Assembly (NCBI GenBank): GCA_965223795.1
Contig: CBDCXL010000002.1
Span: forward strand, 2,976,001-3,040,000
Direction: 5' to 3'
DNA: 64,000 bases
Source: Nitrospinales bacterium
Lineage (GTDB): Bacteria; Nitrospinota; Nitrospinia; Nitrospinales; VA-1
This document shows, one piece after another, positions 18,256 to 29,764 of this stretch (position 1 is the first letter of the stretch; the number at the start of each line of letters is the position of its first letter). The position numbers and the translations under genes were made by a program. The notes under the pieces were generated by a model, which was given only the letters and a program-made list of their open reading frames with translations, was not told where the DNA came from and ran no database searches.

Positions 18256-19755
18256 TCAATAGCTGAGGATTTCTCCAGAAGGGGAAATGGTGAGACCGCC
18301 CTTGTATCCGGATTTTGATAAACCTTTCTTGATGTCGTTCAGATCCCACTTCAAAACGGGATTGCCCAAATATCCATTCAGAACCATGTTTTGATCGGGG
18401 AAAACCAGCCATGACGAATAAACGAAGCGATCGACTCTTATTTCAAAGTGAACAATGTCTTCAGAATAAGGTCTGTTAAGTGGAGGCCAGCCGTAGTCCG
18501 CACGTTTCTCAAATTTCTTCAGAAAATAATTCTGATACCAAGATTCACTCACGGATCTCCCTCTTTTAAAACTTATGGAATACTCGTAATCGGGGTATTC
18601 ATCCATGAAATTTTTCAACCAGGGGATCGAAGTCATCCGATCAATGTATGAATTTACTTTTTCGATCGTATACCCGGTGAGATCCAGTTTTCCTTTATGG
18701 ATCGGAGCGCTCCAATTGACAAAGATGTTTTTGGGCCCAGCTTTGGGTAAGAGTGTCGCATCCCAATCTTCGTTTTCTGTTTTACCGCAGCACTCGGAAT
18801 CGGTTATTAGACTGTTGAGGATCGTGAAATGCTCCGAGACAGGAGAAATCTGATCGCCCAGAGCTTTCAGTTTCTTTTCATGAAAGATATACATGCTCAT
18901 ATCTGATAGGGCATCTTCCCAAACGTCATGGTAGAAAAAATCTTTTTTCGCTTTTGCAATCTTCTCGAAAGCGGGGCAGCGGGGAGGCAGGATTTTATTG
19001 ATGGCCTTGGTAATTCGGAGATCATAGGATTTTATAGTTTGCGACTCCGTTTCGATTTGCCAGGGGACCATGTAAGTGTGCTGTGCTTTGGAATTTATTT
19101 TTAAAGTCTTTCCATCATTAAAATGCACTGTCAGCTTGATGATCGGATGATCGTCCGTCCATTTCCCTGAATAATACAGGTGTATGTGTTTCTGTTTTAT
19201 CAATTCCGGCACCAGTTCTTTTTTCTTGATCTCAATGTCCGGAAACTCATCCGGTTTAAAATCCTTCAGCTTTTTCTCCAACGCCTCTATGGCGTTTTCT
19301 CTCAACCATTCTTGAGTCAATCCAAACTGAGCGATATCGAGTTTTGGAATCGGCTCCGCTCGAATGATTTGCAGTAAATGCTCGATCTTTTCCGCATCAA
19401 CCGGCATGTTTTCGGTGATCTGTTTGTGATTGGTCACAAAATGAATCAATTCTTTGTCCGTGATCCCCTCAAACGGGGTGGGGACCAAGCCTCTTCGTTG
19501 CAGTTCCTCGACATTCCAACTCATGTCGAATTGAACCAATTTCCCCTGGTAGTTTTTTTCCTTTCGATTGATTTCAAAATTACAGTCACCTTGGAAACCA
19601 CCGATATCCCCATGAGTGGAAAAGATATGGATCGACTCCACCTCAGCCGCGGAGGCCGGGGTATTGACTGACGATAGAATCAGGGCAGCTATAAGAGCGG
19701 TAAGGAGGTACGCGGGCTGGGAATGGGTTTTTGGCTGCTTTTGCAACGGGCACAT
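18256..19755 (-). CDS. Hypothetical exported protein, lower GC than flanks
   Basis: 499-aa ORF with signal-peptide-like N-terminus, AT-rich codons, no recognised family motif. Confidence 0.7.
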   Translation of the reverse strand: MCPLQKQPKTHSQPAYLLTALIAALILSSVNTPASAAEVESIHIFSTHGDIGGFQGDCNFEINRKEKNYQGKLVQFDMSWNVEELQRRGLVPTPFEGITDKELIHFVTNHKQITENMPVDAEKIEHLLQIIRAEPIPKLDIAQFGLTQEWLRENAIEALEKKLKDFKPDEFPDIEIKKKELVPELIKQKHIHLYYSGKWTDDHPIIKLTVHFNDGKTLKINSKAQHTYMVPWQIETESQTIKSYDLRITKAINKILPPRCPAFEKIAKAKKDFFYHDVWEDALSDMSMYIFHEKKLKALGDQISPVSEHFTILNSLITDSECCGKTENEDWDATLLPKAGPKNIFVNWSAPIHKGKLDLTGYTIEKVNSYIDRMTSIPWLKNFMDEYPDYEYSISFKRGRSVSESWYQNYFLKKFEKRADYGWPPLNRPYSEDIVHFEIRVDRFVYSSWLVFPDQNMVLNGYLGNPVLKWDLNDIKKGLSKSGYKGGLTISPSGEILSY

Positions 19756-19916
19756 GGCGGTTTTGTCACCTTTCGGATCTGTGGGCGGGGAGCGGTTTCA
19801 GTGACTCATTCCAGTATAAGCCAAGAAGATGGGCCTGCCAGTGCCCGAAAAGGGGGGTGATTTCGGAACGCGGGGAATTACAGTGCTTTCAAAGTCACCC
19901 AGAGGGCACTCTATTT

Positions 19917-19957
19917 GTCATGCTGAGCCTGTCGTCCTTCGACAAGCTCAGGATGAC
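19917..19957. repeat. Shortened REP-like palindrome related to the MITE core
   Basis: GTCATGCTGAGCCTGTCG-TC-CTTCGACAAGCTCAGGATGAC. Confidence 0.75.
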
Positions 19958-20014
19958 AGGCGGATGTGTGGTTTATCCAACGGCCGTTTTGAAGGCGTTC
20001 CATAAGAGGAGGGC

Positions 20015-20692
20015 TCAGCGGATCACCAGGTACCATTTGCTTAAGGTTCGCGGCGAAAACCCCAAAAGGAACAGGCCGGCGATGACGGAATTGCGCAGGG
20101 TGGTGAACCACACGCCTTCGGTGAGCCAGCGGCGCGGCGAGGTGCGGGCCTTCTCCTTGAGCACGACGGTGGGGCCCTTTTTTTTGAGGCGCTTGTAAAA
20201 GTCCAGGTCCTCGCAGATGGGCAGCGAGCGGAAGCCGTCCAGCTCTTTGAAGGCGCTGGACTTGACGAAGATGGCCTGGTCGCCGTAGACGAGGTTCAGG
20301 TAGCGGGAGCGCAGGGTGGCGAGCCGGGCGATGAGCCGGAGCGACATCTTCTCGGATGCGATGGCCAGGCTGAAGGCGCCGCCGACGCGCCCGTTTTCCG
20401 CCATGACGGCGACCATCTTGCGGTAGCTGTCGCGGTCCACCTCGCTGTCGGCGTGCAGGAACAGCAGCAGGTCGCCGGTCGCCGCCTGGGCTCCGGCGTT
20501 CATCTGCCGGGCCCGCCCGGGCGGGCTTTCGACGATTTTCGTGGCGTAGGATTCGGCGATGGCGCGGGTCCCGTCCTCGCTGCCGCCGTCGGCCACGATG
20601 ATTTCGTGCGGCCGGTGCCGCTGGACGGCGCTGAGCGTTCGTTGTAAGACTGTGGATTCGTTGAGCGTGGGGATGACGACCGAGACGTTCAC
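20015..20692 (-). CDS. Glycosyltransferase family 2 (TIGR04283-like)
   Basis: SVVIPTLNE, DGGSEDGT, GRARQMNAGA, LFLHAD, YGDQAIF, TSPRRW. Confidence 0.9.
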   Translation of the reverse strand: MNVSVVIPTLNESTVLQRTLSAVQRHRPHEIIVADGGSEDGTRAIAESYATKIVESPPGRARQMNAGAQAATGDLLLFLHADSEVDRDSYRKMVAVMAENGRVGGAFSLAIASEKMSLRLIARLATLRSRYLNLVYGDQAIFVKSSAFKELDGFRSLPICEDLDFYKRLKKKGPTVVLKEKARTSPRRWLTEGVWFTTLRNSVIAGLFLLGFSPRTLSKWYLVIR

Positions 20693-21017
20693 TAATTTGA
20701 GATCCTCAAAAGGGAAAAAGCTCCGTCCAGGCGAAAGAAAAGCGGTATTTTTTGCGCTGCGATCGTGAAAGCGGGCTCAGTTAATCATAAAAGCCGCGAC
20801 TTTGCAACGGCGTTCGCAATTTCAAATCAAGGGGAAACGCACCCTCTGCCAGGACTGAAAATGTGGCGGGTTCGGAGCGGGGAATTCCGTTTGACTTCGA
20901 TCGTCCTGATGCGAAAGCCTTTAAGGTGGATTTGAAAAATAAATGATTTACAATAGAAGGCATTAGGGATATACACGGGAAAACCGTTGATGGCGGGTCC
21001 CCTTTTTCTTTAGAGCG

Positions 21018-21800
21018 ATGCTGGCCCACTTTATCGATTCCAAGAAATTTCAATGCGGTTATTTCAAGGATCGCGAGTCGCTGTTCGAGGAATACCTGCT
21101 GGAAGACGTTTCCGAGGTGGAATTCGAATACCTGCTGGCGCACGGCATGCGTCATTTCGGCGATTATTTTTTCCGGCCCCGCTGTCAGGACTGCTTCCAG
21201 TGCATCCCCATCCGCGTCCGGACGGACGATTTTCACATCACACGCAGCCAGAGACGGGCGCTCAAAGCCTGCAAGGGCATCAAAATCAAGGTGGGAGCGC
21301 CCAAATACACGGACCGCAAATTCAAGCTCTACCTGGAGCACAAAAAGCGGTTCCAGTCCCTGCAGGACGACGTCGAGGACGAGCAGAACTTCCGCCTGTC
21401 CTTTTACGTCAACACGCCGTACGGGATCGAGTTCGAGTATTACTGGGGTGACACGCTGATCGGCGTTGCCCTGGGCGATTTCACCAGCAACACGTTTTCC
21501 GCCATTTACACGTTTTACGTGGCGCCGCATCCCAAGATGAGCCTGGGAACCTTCAGCATCTTAAAGCAGCTTGAGTTTTCCAAACGGCAGGGAATCAAGT
21601 ATTTCTATCTGGGGTACTACATCGCCAACAACCAGTCGCTGATGTACAAGGCGAGCTTCCGTCCCAACGAAGTGTACATCGACCGCGAATGGCGGCCCTT
21701 CCGCAACACCCAGGGCGATTTCCTGATCCACAAGGACAAGCTGAAGTGGAGGAATCAGGAATTCCTCGTCAAGGCGGCCGCTCCCATGGAGCTGGCCTGA
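21018..21800 (+). CDS. Aminoacyl-tRNA--protein transferase (ATE1-like / Bpt family)
   Basis: CGY, FRPRCQDCFQCIPIRV, RSQRR, SAIYTFY, SLGTFSIL, YLGYYI..MYKASFRP. Confidence 0.9.
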   Translation: MLAHFIDSKKFQCGYFKDRESLFEEYLLEDVSEVEFEYLLAHGMRHFGDYFFRPRCQDCFQCIPIRVRTDDFHITRSQRRALKACKGIKIKVGAPKYTDRKFKLYLEHKKRFQSLQDDVEDEQNFRLSFYVNTPYGIEFEYYWGDTLIGVALGDFTSNTFSAIYTFYVAPHPKMSLGTFSILKQLEFSKRQGIKYFYLGYYIANNQSLMYKASFRPNEVYIDREWRPFRNTQGDFLIHKDKLKWRNQEFLVKAAAPMELA

Positions 21801-21807
21801 CCCGCCG

Positions 21808-21921
21808 CTAAATCACATCGAAGAACACCAGAAAGATCCAGATCACCAGGCAGATGTTGAAGATCACGCCGATGTGGAAGATCCAGTTGAACAGCTTGTT
21901 GTAGGTGAATTTGTAGTCCAT
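21808..21921 (-). CDS. Small single-TM protein, 37 aa (below ORF-track cutoff)
   Basis: MDYKFTYNKLFNWIFHIGVIFNICLVIWIFLVFFDVI*, host-like GC3-rich codons, starts 25 bp after the LRR gene stop. Confidence 0.7.
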   Translation of the reverse strand: MDYKFTYNKLFNWIFHIGVIFNICLVIWIFLVFFDVI

Positions 21922-21946
21922 CGTCTTTCGTCGGGTGCGGGTGGGC

Positions 21947-22759
21947 TCAGTCCATCACCAGGGTTTTCAGCCGTTTCGCCAGGCCGGAGCCGCGGATGAT
22001 TTTACGCACCGGCCGGTCGATGAGATTGAGGCTCATGTAGAGCCGTTCCAGTTTGCTGAAGGTTTCCGAATTGGCGATGGCCTGGCCGCCGGCGTCGCGG
22101 ATTTCGTTCCGCCAGATGCTGAGCACCTTGAGGTTCGTCAGGTGCGGCGAGCTGGCCAGAGCGATGGCGCCTTCGTTGCCGATCCGGTTGGAACACAGAT
22201 ACAATTTCACAAGCGGCGCGAGGCGTTCCGCATTCGCCAGCGCCACGGCGCCCGCATCGCCCATGCCGGTGCTGTCCAGGTGCAGCGCGGTCATTGCCGG
22301 AAAGGCGCTGGATGCGGCGATGGCTTCGGTGCCTTCGGCGCCGATGGGGTTGCTGTCGAGATACAGGATTTCCAGTTCCGGGAAATTTTTCGAATCCGCC
22401 AGGTGTTTCGCGCCTTCAGGGCCGATGTTGTTGGCTTCCAGCATGAGGCATTTGAGCCCGCGCATGCTTTCGGACTCGGCCAGCAGGGCCGCCTCATCGT
22501 CACCCAGGTTGTTGTGGTTCAAGTACAGCTTCTTCAGGTTGGGAAACGCCCTGAGTCCGGTGAGGGCCGCGACGGCGTCGCCGGACAAGTGGTTGTGGCT
22601 TAGATACAACTGCTCGACCGATGCCAGACCCTCCATGTCGTCGATGAATTTCAATTCCTCAACGCCGATGTCCCGATCGTCCAGATCGAGCAGCGTTTTG
22701 TCCGCGTTCAGGCGCGAGCGGATGCGTGATTCCAGTTCCGATTTTGCGACTTTTTCCAA
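21947..22759 (-). CDS. Leucine-rich repeat protein (about 28-aa RI-like repeats)
   Basis: Repeated L..L.L..N.IG.EGA.ALA.S units. Confidence 0.88.
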   Translation of the reverse strand: MEKVAKSELESRIRSRLNADKTLLDLDDRDIGVEELKFIDDMEGLASVEQLYLSHNHLSGDAVAALTGLRAFPNLKKLYLNHNNLGDDEAALLAESESMRGLKCLMLEANNIGPEGAKHLADSKNFPELEILYLDSNPIGAEGTEAIAASSAFPAMTALHLDSTGMGDAGAVALANAERLAPLVKLYLCSNRIGNEGAIALASSPHLTNLKVLSIWRNEIRDAGGQAIANSETFSKLERLYMSLNLIDRPVRKIIRGSGLAKRLKTLVMD

Positions 22760-22979
22760 CTGTGGGTTCCAGATATAATTTGCAAGACGGCAGCGGCATC
22801 AATCTATAAGATTATACCTGAAAGATCAAACCCGCTTAAGTCCGCGCGATAAAAATTCAGGTGAGGACGGCGGCGAATTTCGGTATAAATGATACCGTCC
22901 ACACCGGGTCGTTCCGGTGCCCGGAATACCTTCCCAAAGCGGCGCAATCCACCTGTTAAAGCGGAATCGAGGCGTATCC

Positions 22980-24092
<1,113 letters not shown>

Positions 24093-24097
24093 AACCG

Positions 24098-27000
24098 ATG
24101 ACGCAACCGGCCAGTTTCGTACACCTGCACCTGCACACGATGTACAGCCTGCTGGATTCCTCGATCCGGCACGACGCCCTGTTCCAGCGCGCGGCGGAAT
24201 ACGGCATGCCCGCGGTCGCCATGACCGACCACGGCAACCTGTTCGGCGCGGTGGAGTTTTACAACGGCGCGAAAAAGCACGGCCTCAAGCCGATCATCGG
24301 CTGCGAGGTGTACGTCGCGCCCGAGAGCCGGACCGAAAAATCCAGCAACCACCGCCTGCGCGACGCCTCCTACCACCTCATCCTGCTGGCCGAGAACGAC
24401 ACGGGCTATAAAAATTTAATGCGCCTGGTCACTTCCGCCTACCTGGAGGGCTTTTACTACAAGCCGCGGATCGATAAGGAACTGCTGGCCGAGCACGCCG
24501 AGGGCCTGATCGCGCTCAGCTCCTGTGGGCGCGGAGAAGTGGCTTACAACCTCAACAAGGAGAACTTCCCGCGCGCGGTCAAGATCGCCGAGCAGTACCG
24601 CGACATCATGGGGCCGGACAATTTTTTCCTCGAGCTGCAAAACCACAAGCAGGACTACCAGGACAAGATCAACCGCGACCTGATCCGCCTGGGCGAGAAG
24701 CTGTCGCTGCCGGTGGTGGCCACCAACAACTGCCATTACCTGGAACGCAAGGATTTCCGGGCGCACGAAATTCTTTTATGTTTGCAGACGGGAAAGACCA
24801 TCAGCGACCAGTACCGCATGCAATACCCCTCGGACGAGTATTATTTCAAGTCTCCCGAGGAGATGATCGAGCTGTTCAAGGAAGTGCCGGAAGCCATCGA
24901 GAACACGCTCAAGATCGCCGAACGCTGCGACCTCCATATCGAATTCGACAAGCTCAACCTGCCGGAATACCCGGTGCCCGAGGGCTACACGCTGGAAACC
25001 TATCTCGAGGAACGGGCGCGCGAGGGGCTCAACGAACGGCTGGAATGGATGCGCGGTCAGGGCGCCGAGCCGGGCACCTCCGCGTACGAGGCGCGCCTGG
25101 ACGAGGAACTGGGGATCATCCGCAAGATGGGCTATCCGGGCTATTTCCTCATCGTGTGGGATTTCATCCACCACGCCAAAAGCCAGGACATCCCGGTGGG
25201 GCCGGGGCGCGGCTCCGCCGCGGGCAGCGTCGTCGCCTACGCGCTGCGCATCACCGACATCGATCCTCTGGAGTACGGCCTGCTGTTCGAGCGGTTTCTG
25301 AACCCGGAGCGGGTGAGCATGCCGGATATCGACATCGACTTCTGCATCCAGGGGCGGGACGCGGTCATTCAGTACGTGACGGAAAAATACGGCGGCAACC
25401 AGAACGTGTCGCAGATCATCACCTTCGGCAGCATGAATGCCAAGGGCGTGCTGCGCGACGTCGGCCGGGTGCTCGACATGACCTACGGCGAGGTCGACAA
25501 GATCGCCAAGCTGGTGCCCAACCGGCTGAACATCACGCTCAACGACGCGTTCAACGAAGAGCCGCGCTTCAACCAGATGCGCAAGGAGAGCGAGAAGGTG
25601 GCGGAGCTTCTGGACATCGCCAGCGCGCTGGAAGGGCTGCCGCGCCACTGCTCGACGCACGCGGCGGGGGTGGTCATCTCCTCGCAACCGCTGACTCAGT
25701 TTCTGCCGCTCTACAAAGGCGGCAACGACGAGGTCGTGACCCAGTTCTCGATGGGCAGCGTGGAAAAGCTCGGGATGCTCAAGATGGATTTTCTCGGGCT
25801 CAAGACGCTGACGGTCATCGACCAGGCGCTCCGGCTCATCAAGGAGGCGAAGGACATCGACCTCGACATTCAGGCGATTCCCTACGACGACGCGGAGACC
25901 TACAAGCTCCTGGGCGAAGCGCGGACTCTGGGCGTGTTCCAGCTTGAAAGCTCGGGGATGCGGGATCTGCTCAAAAAGATGAAGCCGGACTGCTTCGAGG
26001 ACATCATCGCGCTGCTCGCCCTGTACCGCCCCGGCCCGCTGGAGTCGGGCATGGTGGACACGTACATCAAGTGCAAGCACGGAACCGAGAAGGTGCAGTA
26101 CGAACTGCCGCAGCTGGAAAAGATCCTGAAAGAAACGCACGGCGTCATCCTGTATCAGGAGCAGGTGATGAACATCGCCAGCGTGCTGGCGGGATTCACG
26201 CTGGGCGACGCGGATCTTTTGCGGCGCGCGATGGGCAAGAAGAAGCCCGAGGAGATGGCGGCGCAGCGGGAAAAATTCATGCAGGGCTGCGGCCAGAACA
26301 AGATCCCCGACAAGAAGGCGGACAAGATCTTCAACCTGATGGAAAAGTTTTCCGGCTACGGCTTCAACAAGTCCCACAGCGCCGCCTACGCCCAGGTTTC
26401 CTATCAGACCGCGTACCTCAAGGCGCACTACCCGCTGGAGTTTTTCGGCGCGCTGATCACCAGCGACATGGACAACACCGACAAGGTGCTGCGCTACATC
26501 CACGACTGCCGCGAGATGGGCATCCGGGTCCGGCCGCCGGACGTGAACGCCAGCACGAAGGATTTTTCCATCGTCGAGAACCAGCTTCTGTTCGGACTGG
26601 GCGCGATCAAGAACGTCGGCTCGGCGGCGATCGACTCGATCATCGAGACGCGCAGGGAGCACCAGCGGTTCGCTTCGTTCAAGGCGTTCTGCGAGTGCGT
26701 CGATCTCAGGCAGGTGAACCGGCGGGTCATCGAGAGCCTGATCAAAAGCGGCGCCTGCGATTCGTTCGGCGAGAGCCGGGCCCTGATGATGCGCGACCTG
26801 CAGGCGACGATGGAAATGGCGCAGGCGAAGCAGCGCGACCGGCAGCTGGGGCAGTCGAGCATGTTCGAAGTGTTCGAGGAGCAGATGGAAGCCGAGCCGG
26901 AAGCGGCGGCCGAGGCTGAAGAGTGGAGCGAGCAGGAACGGCTGAAGTTCGAGAAGGAAACGGTCGGCTTTTACATCACCGGCCATCCGCTGCAGCGTTA

Positions 27001-27562
27001 CGCCAGAGACATCACCTGGTTCACCGACGCCACCTCCGCCAGCGTCGGCGAGTTGTCGAGCAACGCCAAGGTGCGCATCGCCGGCATTCCCATCAAGGTG
27101 CTGCCCAAGACCACGCGCAAGGGGGACAAGATGGGCATCGTGACGCTTGAGGACCTGCAGGGTTCCATCGACGTCATCCTGTGGCCGGAGACCTACGCCG
27201 CCTCGGAGGAGCTGTTGCATGTGGAGGAGCCGCTGCTGGTCACGGGCACGGTGGACTCGGAGGGCAACCTGCCCAAGGTGATCGTCCAGGAAATCGGCCT
27301 TCTGTCGGATGTCAAGAGCCAGTGGAAGGGCAAGGTCCACATCCACCTGCGCACGCCGGGGCTGGAACGGCAGACGCTGATGGAAATCAAAACCATTCTC
27401 TCGGCGCACAAGGGGAGAAACGAAACCTTTCTGCACTTCATGTTTCCCGACAACAAGGAGAAGATCCTGAGCGTGGACCCGGACCTGCGCATCCAGCCTT
27501 CCGACGGCGTGGTGGAGGAAATCGAAGCCCTTCTGGGCGAAGACACCATCCGCTTCGAATGA
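24098..27562 (+). CDS. dnaE: DNA polymerase III alpha subunit
   Basis: FVHLHLHT.YSLLD PHP domain, GPGRGSAAGS, MPDIDIDF, GYGFNKSH, C-terminal OB fold. Confidence 0.98.
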   Translation: MTQPASFVHLHLHTMYSLLDSSIRHDALFQRAAEYGMPAVAMTDHGNLFGAVEFYNGAKKHGLKPIIGCEVYVAPESRTEKSSNHRLRDASYHLILLAENDTGYKNLMRLVTSAYLEGFYYKPRIDKELLAEHAEGLIALSSCGRGEVAYNLNKENFPRAVKIAEQYRDIMGPDNFFLELQNHKQDYQDKINRDLIRLGEKLSLPVVATNNCHYLERKDFRAHEILLCLQTGKTISDQYRMQYPSDEYYFKSPEEMIELFKEVPEAIENTLKIAERCDLHIEFDKLNLPEYPVPEGYTLETYLEERAREGLNERLEWMRGQGAEPGTSAYEARLDEELGIIRKMGYPGYFLIVWDFIHHAKSQDIPVGPGRGSAAGSVVAYALRITDIDPLEYGLLFERFLNPERVSMPDIDIDFCIQGRDAVIQYVTEKYGGNQNVSQIITFGSMNAKGVLRDVGRVLDMTYGEVDKIAKLVPNRLNITLNDAFNEEPRFNQMRKESEKVAELLDIASALEGLPRHCSTHAAGVVISSQPLTQFLPLYKGGNDEVVTQFSMGSVEKLGMLKMDFLGLKTLTVIDQALRLIKEAKDIDLDIQAIPYDDAETYKLLGEARTLGVFQLESSGMRDLLKKMKPDCFEDIIALLALYRPGPLESGMVDTYIKCKHGTEKVQYELPQLEKILKETHGVILYQEQVMNIASVLAGFTLGDADLLRRAMGKKKPEEMAAQREKFMQGCGQNKIPDKKADKIFNLMEKFSGYGFNKSHSAAYAQVSYQTAYLKAHYPLEFFGALITSDMDNTDKVLRYIHDCREMGIRVRPPDVNASTKDFSIVENQLLFGLGAIKNVGSAAIDSIIETRREHQRFASFKAFCECVDLRQVNRRVIESLIKSGACDSFGESRALMMRDLQATMEMAQAKQRDRQLGQSSMFEVFEEQMEAEPEAAAEAEEWSEQERLKFEKETVGFYITGHPLQRYARDITWFTDATSASVGELSSNAKVRIAGIPIKVLPKTTRKGDKMGIVTLEDLQGSIDVILWPETYAASEELLHVEEPLLVTGTVDSEGNLPKVIVQEIGLLSDVKSQWKGKVHIHLRTPGLERQTLMEIKTILSAHKGRNETFLHFMFPDNKEKILSVDPDLRIQPSDGVVEEIEALLGEDTIRFE

Positions 27563-27572
27563 ATTTTGCGGC

Positions 27573-28223
27573 TCAGGCGGCCGGGGCGGCCCGCCGCATG
27601 GTCTTGATGTGCTCGCGAATGGCCGCTTCCAGCGCGCCGCCCGCATTGTGGGCGGGGTGAAAGGGAATTCTCAAAACCGCGCCTGAGTGCGAATCGAGCC
27701 TGAGGGCCGGGACCCAGGGGGTTCCCAGGCCCAGCGCCGGAAGGAAGAACACCCGGTCTGTGGCGATGGATTTCACGTCCGGCCAGGACAGGGCGGTTTT
27801 GGCGGCGCACAGGGGGAGCTGCCATTTGGCGAAGTGCATGGCGGCGCCGCGCGGACTGAGGGTGACGAAATGCCGCCGCGGAAACAACTCGCGGCTGCGC
27901 CAGAGCAGCTTGAGCGCCCGGTAGAGGCCGTACAGCAGGGCCACGGCGAGCAGGCCGATGAGCGCGCGGTTGAGGTCCGGAGCGCTGCCTCCCCAGAGGA
28001 TGGCGGTGAGCAGCCAGACCAGGGCGGCGGTGAACAGGAGCAGCGGGGCCGTCATGAACCCGCCGTGGAAACTCAGGCCCAGGGCCGGGAGGCCCGCGGG
28101 CAGGATCACGGTGACGCCGTTTCGGGTCTCCAAAATGGCGGAAGAGCGGGCTTCGGTCTCGTTGTCCTGCACAAAATCCAGAGCGATTTCATGGTCTTTC
28201 GCCTGCCAGCGATCCGCGGTCAT
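27573..28223 (-). CDS. Hypothetical membrane protein
   Basis: 216-aa ORF with two hydrophobic helices, fills the gap between dnaE and the peptidase. Confidence 0.6.
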   Translation of the reverse strand: MTADRWQAKDHEIALDFVQDNETEARSSAILETRNGVTVILPAGLPALGLSFHGGFMTAPLLLFTAALVWLLTAILWGGSAPDLNRALIGLLAVALLYGLYRALKLLWRSRELFPRRHFVTLSPRGAAMHFAKWQLPLCAAKTALSWPDVKSIATDRVFFLPALGLGTPWVPALRLDSHSGAVLRIPFHPAHNAGGALEAAIREHIKTMRRAAPAA

Positions 28224-28421
28224 GACGGTATCCCCGAATAACAGGCGCGTTGGGCGCCGGGCGGGCGGCCCCCGTGGCGGGCTTTCGAACGGTTATTGTG
28301 CGATTTTCGAACGGGTTTCACGGTGCGTGACTCTTTGTTTTCTGGAAATTGCGGGCCCATGCGATAATGGTTGAAGATCATAACGGCAAACCGCACAAAT
28401 GAAAACCCGGGAAATTCCTGC

Positions 28422-29738
28422 ATGAACCTGACCCTCGCCGAAGTCGCGGCGCAAAATCACAAGGACATTTTAAAAAACGGACTGACCGTCGTCACCGTCG
28501 AGATGCCGTACATCCACACGATGGAACTGGTCATGTTCGTGCGCGCCGGGCTGCGTTTTGAAAACGAGGACAACAACGGCATCTCGCATTTTCTCGAACA
28601 CATGATGTTTAGGGGAAACCGCGAATACCCGACCTCGCTCCTGCTCAACCGCAAGTTCGAGACGCTGGGGACGGATCTGCGCGCTTCCACCCTGAGCGAA
28701 TACACCAGCTACGGGTTCAGCCCGCACCGCACGCAGCTTAAGCCCGCGATGCAGGCGTTCGCAGGATTTTTTACCTATCCCACGTTTCCGCAAATCGAGC
28801 TGGAACGGGAAATCATCCTAGAAGAGTACCTGGAAGAGCTGAACGAAAACGGCGAAAATGTGGACATCGACGATCAGGCCTGCCGGCTGCTGTACCGCGG
28901 CACGCCGCTCGCCATGCCGACGGTGGGGACCGAGCAGACCATCAAGGGAATCACCACGCCGATGCTGGAGGAATATTTCAGGAAGCACTACATCCCGAAA
29001 AACATGGTCCTCGCCGTGGCGGGGCCGGTCGAGCACGGAGAGTTTATAAGGCTTGCGGAAAAATATTTTTCCGGGCTCACCAACGGCGGCACCGTCGTTG
29101 CGGCGGATCATTTCCAGAACTCGCTTGTGGAAGAACAGAACGAGCCGCAGTTTCTGTTTCAGCACGACTCCGACAGCCAGATTCAATTGCAGCTTTGTTT
29201 CCGCGCCCTGTCCTACAACCATCCGGACTACTACACGCTGTACCTGCTGAGCCGCATCTTCGACGACGGCTTCAGCTCCCGGCTGCAGCGGGCGCTGCGC
29301 GAGGACCGGGGTCTGGTGTATTCGGTGGACTGCCGGGTCACCTGCTGGTCCGATACGGGAACGATCGACTTCGACGCGTCGGTGCGCCCGGAAAAAGTTC
29401 AGGAGGTGGCGCGCATCCTGTTCCAGGAAATCCGCGCGTTCATCGATGCGGGCCCGACCGAGGAAGAGGTGCAGCACGTGAAGAAGCGCAGCTTCTACGA
29501 TCTGGATGTGGACCGCGACGATCCTTACAAACAGATCGTGCGGCACGGATTTCCCCTGCTGTATTCCTACGAAGTGTCGGTGGAGGAGGAGTGGGCGATT
29601 CTGGAAAAGATCACCCGCGAGGACATCCACCGGCTGGCCCGCAGTCTGTTTGTGCCGGAGAAACTCAACCTGGTGGTGGTGGGCCCGCACACGCCGGAGA
29701 TCAAGCAGGGCCTGGAAGACCTCGCCCGTTCGTTTTAA
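28422..29738 (+). CDS. M16 family (pitrilysin-like) zinc peptidase
   Basis: LKNGLTVV, GISHFLEHMMFRG (HxxEH), EREIILEE, SSRL...LRE.RGLVYS. Confidence 0.92.
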   Translation: MNLTLAEVAAQNHKDILKNGLTVVTVEMPYIHTMELVMFVRAGLRFENEDNNGISHFLEHMMFRGNREYPTSLLLNRKFETLGTDLRASTLSEYTSYGFSPHRTQLKPAMQAFAGFFTYPTFPQIELEREIILEEYLEELNENGENVDIDDQACRLLYRGTPLAMPTVGTEQTIKGITTPMLEEYFRKHYIPKNMVLAVAGPVEHGEFIRLAEKYFSGLTNGGTVVAADHFQNSLVEEQNEPQFLFQHDSDSQIQLQLCFRALSYNHPDYYTLYLLSRIFDDGFSSRLQRALREDRGLVYSVDCRVTCWSDTGTIDFDASVRPEKVQEVARILFQEIRAFIDAGPTEEEVQHVKKRSFYDLDVDRDDPYKQIVRHGFPLLYSYEVSVEEEWAILEKITREDIHRLARSLFVPEKLNLVVVGPHTPEIKQGLEDLARSF

Positions 29739-29764
29739 ACAATCCTTTGAAAATCCCTGATTCG

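Noticed and set aside
17594..20692. Selenoprotein readthrough in the CYCYC protein or a link to the TIGR04283-like glycosyltransferase
   Set aside because: Motif positions are ordinary Cys codons and no in-frame TGA extension is evident
24098..27562. Intein or split in dnaE
   Set aside because: Normal length, continuous motifs, no intein signatures seen
29195..29764. N-terminal extension of the 457-aa ORF-track call (similar extensions at 12438, 34395, 6062, 52723, 22917)
   Set aside because: The extensions overlap neighbouring genes or lack an RBS; downstream ATGs fit signal peptides and family N-termini better
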